DNA of 43,243 bases from Octopus bimaculoides (taxonomy: Eukaryota): positions 88,694,244-88,737,486 of the forward strand of contig NC_068981.1 of the NCBI RefSeq assembly GCF_001194135.2. Direction: 5' to 3'. Below are positions 34,701 to 43,243 of this stretch, piece by piece. A model generated the notes under the pieces. It saw only the letters and a program-made list of their open reading frames with translations. It was not told where the DNA came from and ran no database searches. Each line of letters opens with the position of its first letter. The stretch's first letter is position 1. The position numbers and the translations under genes are program-made.

Positions 34701-35800
34701 AAAGAGTGTGTGGGTGATAGGAAATATAGTGATGCTGACTGAACATCAGAAAAAATACTTCAGGAATGCGTATTGCACGCTAAACCCAAGCAAAATTACA
34801 TACGAGACCCTACGATATTATATATTTAGTATGCAGAACATTTCCTTGGAGTATATTATCCCAGCCTTAATGTCTGATGAAGTGCCACCTGTTCCTCAGT
34901 TCAAATAAAGCCAGAAGCGATTCTTCTTACGTATTGTGCCAATTATCTTATTACGCACCTCAATTTAGCAAGTTGAATTCCTTGCGGTATTCTCTTTGTT
35001 TCCCTTTAATCAAATCATCTAAAAATGCCTATCGTGTACAGTAGTTGATTCAAACGACTATATTTAACTGTTCTCATTAAAATTTATACTTGTAAAAATG
35101 TCAATAGTTTTCTTCAGAAAAGTCATTTTTTTTCCTTATATTTTGTATTTTCAGAAATTCATTCTCATAATTTCTTCTTATTTTTCGTTGGTAAACTGTG
35201 TTTTGTTTAGAAACATTTTTTGTGGATATTCAATTAAAAGTACAATTGATAACTTGGCAGTTATAACTGTGAATTGATGTGTCTGAGTTGCGTGAAATTA
35301 TATAGTCTCGAATGCACCAATTAAAATGTTTGTGATATTGAAATTAAAACATTTTTGCCCACATCGTTTACATGGATGCAAAATCGAAAATATCCATCAA
35401 TTCTCTTAGTTGATATTTATCATGTTTCTGTTGTACTTGTGCTACATTTTTCTAGAAACAACACCGCAGATTAAAGGTATTATCATGACGTTGACTTAAG
35501 TTTTGCAGATCGAATCCCGCAACGGATATCAATGATATTCTAACCTGTATGCTATATGTATGCACAGCAAATCATGATTAGGTACAACAATTAATAGTCC
35601 TAAAGCAACAAGTGTTGTGCTTATTGACGAGCGTTTCATGAACTTATAATACGAGGTATAATTACTTTTATGTGTGATGTTTGGTGAGCGATAAAGTCGT
35701 CAAGGTACATTTGTTCTTGATACATTACACGAAAAACATGTTTTGTTTTTTTTTAGATATGTTACAACGATACAATAAGTAATCTAATACATGACCGAAT

Positions 35801-36127
35801 GAAGGCGCATGACTCAGTGGTTAGAGCATCGAGGTCACAACCTCATGAGGTAGTGAGTTCAATTCCCGGAACATGCTGTGTGATGTGTTCTTGAGCAAGA
35901 TACTTTATTTCATGTTACTCCAGCTCACTCAGCTGTAGAAATTAGTTGCGACGTCACTAGTGAGTGTCAAGTTGTAACTGCTTTTGCCTATCGCTTGGAT
36001 AACTTCGGTGGCGTGGGGAGGGATGGTATGCCTGGGCAGCTGCTGGTCTTCCATAAACGACCTTGCCCGGACTTGTACCTCGGAGGGGAACTTTCTTGGT
36101 GCAATCCCATGGTCATTCATAAACGAA
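35801..36127 (+). mobile_element. tRNA-derived SINE with CORE-like domain (family-3 head, different tail)
   Basis: TGACTCAGTGG A-box, GAGTTCAATTCCC B-box, GTGTTCTTGAGCAAGATACTT...CACTCAGCTGTA. Confidence 0.8.
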
Positions 36128-36164
36128 TAATTTAACTCGAGCATTGTATTTACTAATTATATTT

Positions 36165-36252
36165 TTTCGTTTTCTTTTGCCGAGCCGCTAGATTACGGAG
36201 TGTTAGGAGACAAACACAGACACACATGCATACATACATGCATGTATTCATA

Positions 36253-36288
<36 letters not shown>

Positions 36289-36604
36289 NNNNNNNNNNNN
36301 NNNNNNNNNNNNNNNNNNNNNNNNNNNNNNNNNNNNNNNNNNNNNNNNNNNNNNNNNNNNNNNNNNNNNNNNNNNNNNNNNNNNNNNNNNNNNNNNNNNN
36401 NNNNNNNNNNNNNNNNNNNNNNNNNNNNNNNNNNNNNNNNNNNNNNNNNNNNNNNNNNNNNNNNNNNATATATACCACAGGCTTCTTTCAGTTTCCGTTT
36501 ACCAAATACATTCACAAAGGTTTGGTCGGCCCAAGGCAATAGTAGAAAACTGGGACTAAACACGGAATCACGTGGTTGAGAATCAAACTTCTTAACACAC
36601 ATCC
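36165..36604 (-). mobile_element. SINE family 2 with internal microsatellite (spans N gap)
   Basis: Head half at 36470-36604 (GGCTTCTTTCAGTTTCCGTTTACCAAAT...) and 3' half at 36165-36230 (TTTTGCCGAGCCGCTAG.TTACGG). Confidence 0.75.
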
Positions 36605-36757
36605 GCGTCAAGGAAAATGCAAACATCTCACCGTAACCCCATTTTCCCCCATTAACGCATAATAACATGTTACAGCATTTGTGTATAATTTGAGGAACCC
36701 AATAGAAATTGTTTGTATATCTTCATATACATTCAGGTATAATATATATGAATTTAT

Positions 36758-37074
36758 GTGGGCTGTGTGTCAAGAAGTATGCTGCTTCCCAACCACAAGA
36801 TTCCGGATCCAGTCTCAATGCATGGCCCCTAGGACAAATGTTTTCCACTATAACCACGGGCTGAGCAAAGCCTTGTGAGTGGATTTGGCAGACGGTAACT
36901 GACAGAAAGAAGCCGTTGTATATATATATATATATATATACAACCGGTGTTGTTTACGTCCACGTAACTTAGCGGTTCGGTAAAAGAGACTGATTGAATA
37001 AGTACTGGGGTTGATTAGTTCGACTAAAATTCTTCTAGAATTTGTCCCAGCATGGCCGCAGTCTAAATAAAAAG
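36758..37074 (+). mobile_element. SINE family 2 with internal (TA)n
   Basis: GTGGGCTGTGTG...AAAGCCTTGTGAGTGGATTTGGCAGACGG...GAAAGAAGCC-(TA)n-CGTAACTTAGCGGTTCGG...CCAGCATGGCCGCAGTC. Confidence 0.85.
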
Positions 37075-37364
37075 TTCGAAGCTTTAGAGAGATCAATAAC
37101 TCCACTAGCTACCGAGAATTTATCATTTTTTGAAGTGAGTTGGGTTGATTCATTTTGTGTATTGGACGTATGTCACGTGGCCTCAGTCTTAGATGAATTC
37201 TTAATCTAATGTCAATGCGTCTAGCCAAATTCTTCTCGTACTCCATACTCCAGCACACTCTCCAAATCGCGTATTAAATCATGTATTCATTCTATATTAC
37301 GTTGTATTTTGTGATGTTTATTTAACTTCGATAACTCATTGATAGAAAGAGAATGAATAAGAAA

Positions 37365-37370
37365 GAGAGA

Positions 37371-37440
<70 letters not shown>

Positions 37441-37448
37441 GAGAGGAG
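37365..37448. repeat. (GA)n microsatellite
   Basis: Directly visible. Confidence 0.97.
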
Positions 37449-38624
37449 AGAAACTGTGTGAACGTATATGTAATGCGTATGTGTATATGTAAATGGATTC
37501 TACAACTGTTGAATACGATTCCAAAGAGAAGTTGAAATCGTGACTCAGTGAATTGCTGTCATGTTTACATTAAATTCAAACCTCTCCACCAGAACAAAAT
37601 ACGAAACTAAACACAAGGCAAAAAGTTTTAAAACAAGGAGAAAACTCCCCCACCAAAAAAAAAAACAAAACAAACAAAACAAAAAAACAAGCTAGGTAGT
37701 AAGGAAAAACAAAATGTAAATAGATCGGTGAATATTTCGGGTATTCGATCGATAGAATTGCCTACTAATTATAGTGACTTAAACGCTGGCTAAATCAGAC
37801 GTTCTGATATTCTCCATTTGAGAACGAATTCATGTGATCTCAGTAGCGGCGCTTGAAATCCACACTGCCGTCAAAGTAGACGCTAGCCTGGTGTGAAAGT
37901 GGGGTTATTATCCATTATTAATATACGACATTATAGCATGAACAAAAACCATCCAACGGACAAAGTTGGGAGACCCGATAATTACAGACATCCCTACTAG
38001 CAGTGACTTTAGGATTGACACCTATTCTGATCTCATTCATTTCATTCATTATCCTGATTCTCTGTATAACCAGTTACCATCTTTAATTCATTTAAAGATT
38101 ACTTAGCGAGATTCTCGACCTGAATGAGCGCTCCGTTTCACCACATTGACTTTAACTTTATCTTCCCCCCTCCTCTCTCCCTCTCATCTAATCAACATCT
38201 GTCATAGAAAACCTCGTCCCTCACATTGCCTCTTATTTCTTCTTCTCTAATTCTGTTCCCATTTCCTACGCAGCTTATATCCTCTCTCTCTTTGCCTTTC
38301 ATTTATTATTCTCTCTCCCCTTCCCCTTCACTCTTTAAATCTGGCACTACTATGAGAACTGGTTTTGCTAACTTCCTCCTGATGAAAGAGACTGATCTTA
38401 TACTAGTATCAGCTATGTGACAGTTTACTGGTTCCATACCCAAGACTTTTTACATATTCCGTCCGTATATTATGAACATTACATTATTACGTAAATCCGA
38501 TCTTCATGAAACAGCTGTCGAGTTAAGAAATTATGTATTCTCTTCTAAGTATTCTGTATATTTTATGCATTCTGTTTAAACTTTATATGCATGCATATAT
38601 ATATGTTTATGCGCGTGTGTGTGT

Positions 38625-38730
38625 CTGTCTGTGTTTGTCCCCCCCATATCGCTTGAAAATCGATGTTAGTATGTTTACGTCAACGAATGGTTGCAGTCGA
38701 ATAACTGAAATAGGTAAAATATAAAAGAAT
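38625..38730 (+). mobile_element. SINE family-2 3' half, internally deleted
   Basis: GTGTTTGTCCCCCC..ATCGCTTGA..ATCGATG...GTTTACGTC is joined to ATGGTTGCAGTC...ATAAAAGAATA. Confidence 0.65.
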
Positions 38731-38789
38731 ATATATATATTTTATGTATGTATACATTTATATATACATACACACACATACATATAGAC

Positions 38790-38829
<40 letters not shown>

Positions 38830-39030
38830 NNNNNNNNNNNNNNNNNNNNNNNNNNNNNNNNNNNNNNNNNNNNNNNNNNNNNNNNNNNNNNNNNNNNNNN
38901 NNNNNNNNNNNNNNNNNNNNNNNNNNNNNNNNNNNNNNNNNNNNNNNNNNNNNNNNNNNNNNNNNNNNNNNNNNNNNNNNNNNNNNNNNNNNNNNNNNNN
39001 NNNNNNNNNNCATGATTGCATATATGTATG

Positions 39031-39089
<59 letters not shown>

Positions 39090-39235
39090 GGTAAATGAAA
39101 GACGGAAGATGGAATACACGAGATTTTTTTTATTAATCACGACATTTGTTTCGACACATCTACCATCGGTCCCTCACGGGTGGAATACTCAACAACCGGT
39201 TCAGGAGCAGCTGGCGGTGCGGATGTGCCTCATCG
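39090..39235 (-). mobile_element. Family F PLE-like terminal fragment, copy 2
   Basis: Reverse-complement homolog of 24255-24445. Confidence 0.55.
39137..39183 (-). ncRNA. Hammerhead-like fold with the same variant core
   Basis: CCAC-CCGTGAGG-GACCGAT-ggtag-ATGTGTC-GAAAC-AAAT-GTC-GTGA. Confidence 0.45.
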
Positions 39236-39557
39236 GCTGATAAACTCAAAATAACAGTTCTTCAACGTATCTTCTCATTTCGGAGAGAGAAAAGCAGCAA
39301 AACGAAGGAAATGTCGTCATTTACATAGCAGATCAAAAATAAAATTACATGTCCAAGCTTAATTGTGTCTATCTGCATTTCTACCTGTATATATATGTGC
39401 ATATACTTGTAGATGTATATAATAACATATAATAACATGTTTGCGTCTGTGCATACACATGTATATATGTATGTACGCGCACTACATCTCAGTAGACAGC
39501 AGTCTAGTGACTGAAATTAGGAAAACAGTGTATATATATATATATATATAATTTCAA

Positions 39558-39720
39558 TACGGAGCATATCTCTTAAAATGCCTTAGTAGTGAAATCCCTG
39601 AACTGCAGGGTGGTCTTTATAGAAATGATGCTTTGTTCATTATTCATAGTAATAGTAAAGCCGTCCTAGGAAAAATGCGGGAAAACAATCATAAAATTCT
39701 TCCAAAGCTTTCATCTAGGA
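39558..39720 (+). pseudogene. Penelope-like RT fragment (GLYRDD-type motif)
   Basis: YGAYLLKCLSSEIPELQGGLYRNDALFIIHSNSKAVLGKMR, then (frameshift) KTIIKFFQSFHL, resembling the G.Y.L..L....GLYRDDGL...RK.II..F...GL segment of PLE RTs. Confidence 0.6.
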
Positions 39721-40004
39721 CTCGCGTTCGAATACGCGAGGAAGGTAGCTAATATATATATTTCTTCATTTTATTTTTATAGTGTATTTTATTTATTTTT
39801 TAAATTTACATTATACAATATTATTAGATTTTGTATTTTGTATACCTATTTACCCTCGTATACACTGGTGTAACATTCTATGGTTTGCGGAGGGGTTGAA
39901 ACTTCTCTCTGCGGTCAAGCATGGTAAGATATAATGCAATATGGTACTTACATTTATATTTTCTAGTTATTTATAATTACATTTAATAATTATAATATAT
40001 TCTT

Positions 40005-40055
<51 letters not shown>

Positions 40056-41025
40056 CTATGTTAATTTTGTATATATATATGCCATATTTTTATATCTTCT
40101 TATATCCCAACATCCTTTAAGATTTTCATTAATGATGGAATTTTTTACATAATTATATTTTTAAATTAGTTTATTTGTTATAGAACCAATTATCTCATTT
40201 TTTTTTTGGCCTTTGATCCCTGTTTTTTCAATCAATAGAAAATGTGTACCTCTTTCTCGGATGAATTCTGAATGTAATTTGGGTTCATTGTTTGAATGGT
40301 TTTATCATGACCACCTTAAAGTTTGCTAGGATGAAGTATTATGAAACTTCTATTTTATATAAAAGTAATCTACTTTTTAGTGCTTAAATTGGTTTATATA
40401 TCCTTCTTATCTTACCTGGTCCTTATTTCCCTTTCTAAATTTTAAAATTTTATTTTTATTATACATAATATAATAATATATAGATTTTGCTATACATTGG
40501 TTATATCCTTTTCCCTACTGTACTTCTAATGCCTATTTAGATCTCGTTGTAACGTCCTTTGTTTTCTATTGTAGTCCTCTTTAACTGATAATAATAAAAT
40601 AACTTATGTCACCCCTACTCTCCCTATTTCTGGTCACATACCACTATCTTACTGACTTCTGAGGTTTTTTCTTTATGTGGACATAGGGAATTTATAGTCA
40701 TAGTGAATTAAGGTTTGAGAGAGTAACTGACTATAGTTAATTTATTATCACAAGTTAGAACTTAACTGTCAACCCCCAGTGGTTTTAATTCTTAGTAGAC
40801 GTAGTATAATGGTTGCATTAAAACTTTTGATGGTGATAAGGAGATAGATAAAATTTTAGCTAAATTACCATCTCATGACCCCCACTATTATTCTCTTCTG
40901 CCACTCCAAATTATAGTTGGGGTATTTTTCTCCCTAAGTTCATTCTGCTACAGTAATAGCAGCATATAATTCTTTCATTCTCTAGTTCTGATAAAATATT
41001 AGCTAAAAATTAAAATGTAATATTT

Positions 41026-41088
41026 TGCATTCGAAGATGGCGCTTCATTGTTCGATTAAATGGGGCCGCCTGAAACAGTCGTAATGCA
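41026..41088 (+). ncRNA. Hammerhead-ribozyme-like motif (type I), PLE terminal type
   Basis: TGCAT-TCGAAGA-T-GGCGCTTCATT-loop-AATGGGGCCGCC-T-GAAAC-AGTC-GTA-ATGCA. It has a 5-bp stem I, a long stem II, GAAA and a GUA site. The core differs from CUGANGA at its first two positions. Confidence 0.55.
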
Positions 41089-42139
41089 CTAATCCTTTGA
41101 CATCCTTGTTACTTATTTCGCTTATATATNNNNNNNNNNNNNNNNNNNNNNNNNNNNNNNNNNNNNNNNNNNNNNNNNNNNNNNNNNNNNNNNNNNNNNN
41201 NNNNNNNNNNNNNNNNNNNNNNNNNNNNNNNNNNNNNNNNNNNNNNNNNNNNNNNNNNNNNNNNNNNNNNNNNNNNNNNNNNNNNNNNNNNNNNNNNNNN
41301 NNNNNNNNNNNNNNNNNNNNNNNNNNNNNNNNNNNNNNNNNNNNNNNNNNNNNNNNNNNNNNNNNNNNNNNNNNNNNNNNNNNNNNNNNNNNNNNNNNNN
41401 NNNNNNNNNNNNNNNNNNNNNNNNNNNNNNNNNNNNNNNNNNNNNNNNNNNNNNNNNNNNNNNNNNNNNNNNNNNNNNNNNNNNNNNNNNNNNNNNNNNN
41501 NNNNNNNNNNNNNNNNNNNNNNNNNNNNNNNNNNNNNNNNNNNNNNNNNNNNNNNNNNNNNNNNNNNNNNNNNNNNNNNNNNNNNNNNNNNNNNNNNNNN
41601 NNNNNNNNNNNNNNNNNNNNNNNNNNNNNNNNNNNNNNNNNNNNNNNNNNNNNNNNNNNNNNNNNNNNNNNNNNNNNNNNNNNNNNNNNNNNNNNNNNNN
41701 NNNNNNNNNNNNNNNNNNNNNNNNNNNNNNNNNNNNNNNNNNNNNNNNNNNNNNNNNNNNNNNNNNNNNNNNNNNNNNNNNNNNNNNNNNNNNNNNNNNN
41801 NNNNNNNNNNNNNNNNNNNNNNNNNNNNNNNNNNNNNNNNNNNNNNNNNNNNNNNNNNNNNNNNNNNNNNNNNNNNNNNNNNTGGTTGGCTGTTTTGTTT
41901 TGAACATATTTTTAAGCGCCAACCTAGAATTTTCTAAAGGAGAAAGAGAGACAAGTACAGAAGAGGAAAAGCAGCTGTTCTTATAGAATTTCGCAATCTG
42001 GAGTGTTTAGCAAGGTCCAACAACAATATGGTAAAAAGCCTTTTAGCAATGGTTTGAGATTACCTTTAACATATTTAAAATCAAATTCATATAGAATTGT
42101 CATAGGTGGAATTGCAAAAAAAAAAAAAAATATATATAG

Positions 42140-42985
42140 TTAGGTTAATTTTCATTGCGTACTTTTTGTGTGAAGTATAGTTCCGTTATCTTTCGAAATT
42201 TTGAACTTTCCTTCACATATTTCCAAATGTTTCCTTTTTCCAAGCGTTTAATTTTGGTGAAAACTTCTTTATAAAGTGTAACTCCATTGCTTTTTGGATG
42301 TTTGGGTCGTTTCTTGAGCATTTGTAGAAAGGGAAGATTTTGAATTTTCCTTCTCCACATATTTCCAAATGTTTGTTCAGTGGAATTTTCCGTAGTTCCT
42401 CTTGTCGGATGTGCTGTTTGGGGATCCTTGCACATTGGCAAAGGGAATTATTGGTTTCGCCAATATAATTATCCTTGCATTTGGGGCAAATAATGCAGTA
42501 TATGAAGTTTTGTGTCTTGCAGTTCATATTTGCATTTACTTTGAATAAGAATCCCCTCTTAAATTTTATGAGGGTGTCCCCGTCTATATATTTGTAGTTA
42601 TTGTTGTCGTTGTATATTCCACATCTGCTGTCTCTACATTCCTTTACGGAGAATTCCATTTCATTCTCAGATGTGTATTTTGCTCTTGTAAGTTGTTCTT
42701 TTTAAGGTTTTTTTCCTGGCGTTTATTATTTTGCAGGTACCTTTTGTCTATCAGTTTCCTCATTTTGGCGCTCTGTAAGAGTATCGGTAGGTTTGATTGT
42801 ATAACGTGGAAAATATTTGTTATTCCAGAGTTGTATGCGTTAATAAATGGAATTTGTATGTTTCTTGGATTTTTCTTTTGGAGTCCTAAGATGTGTGATG
42901 TCTAATTTCATTGGTTTCGAGATTCCATTATTTATAAGTTTCGCAGGGTAATTTTTGTTCTTGTAGAAAGTTGATCGTACCAATA
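42140..42985 (-). mobile_element. Penelope-like element: RT C-terminal linker plus GIY-YIG endonuclease (decayed)
   Basis: NYPAKLINNGI, IPFINAYN...NIF.VIQSNLPIL...KRQEKNLKK, then the ORF 42659-42213 CRDSRC...NCKTQNFIYCIICPKCKDNYIGET...H...P...HL...ELHFIKKFSPKLN. The Arg positions after YIGET read as Cys (LCQC), consistent with CpG decay. Confidence 0.9.
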
Positions 42986-43243
42986 GAAAAACCACGCCTC
43001 TTTACTCACTCTCCTTCTCAAAAAAAAAATTTCTTTCTCCCTTGCTTGGCAAAGCCCACAAAATATTTTATATATAAAAAAGCCAAGAAATCTAACTTTC
43101 AACCACTTTTTGATAAATCCGACAATGGAAGAAAGCGCCGAAAATGTAACTAAAATGTAAATAAAAAATGTATATTATCTTCCATCATTCTGGTTACCTT
43201 ATTCTAAATATACAATATCTGTACATCACTTCAAAAGCTCTCT

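Noticed and set aside
35155-35190. Strong plus-strand acceptor followed by 36 nt and GTAAAC
   Set aside because: The donor is weak and the sequence is T-rich low complexity; expected by chance.

Overview
This is a eukaryotic, AT-rich window dense in transposons and microsatellites, with about 4.5 kb of N gaps in 11 runs. The SINE and microsatellite repertoire looks like an octopus (coleoid cephalopod) scaffold; that is my inference, not a database result. There is no intact protein-coding gene, no CRISPR array and no real tRNA or rRNA gene, and most ORF-track entries are microsatellite or N artefacts. Manual six-frame reading found many decayed elements: (1) restriction-like-endonuclease (RLE) LINE 3' fragments from at least three R4/Dong-like subfamilies sitting in (AAT)n or (CATA)n tracts, plus a HERO-like 3' end; (2) an L1/Tx1 APE endonuclease fragment; (3) two mariners, a pogo-like element with intact TIRs, a Merlin/ISXO2 transposase fragment and a Helitron-like end; (4) Penelope-like (PLE) RT and GIY-YIG fragments; (5) about 20 tRNA-derived SINE copies. 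The most interesting signals are several hammerhead-ribozyme-like folds, two of which are dispersed copies of one family sharing a non-canonical core (CCGUGAGG) with a compensatory stem I pair, and a TGG>TAG stop shared by two Dong-like copies. Inverted SINE pairs and candidate micro-exons are also noted. All family assignments come from by-eye motif recognition.
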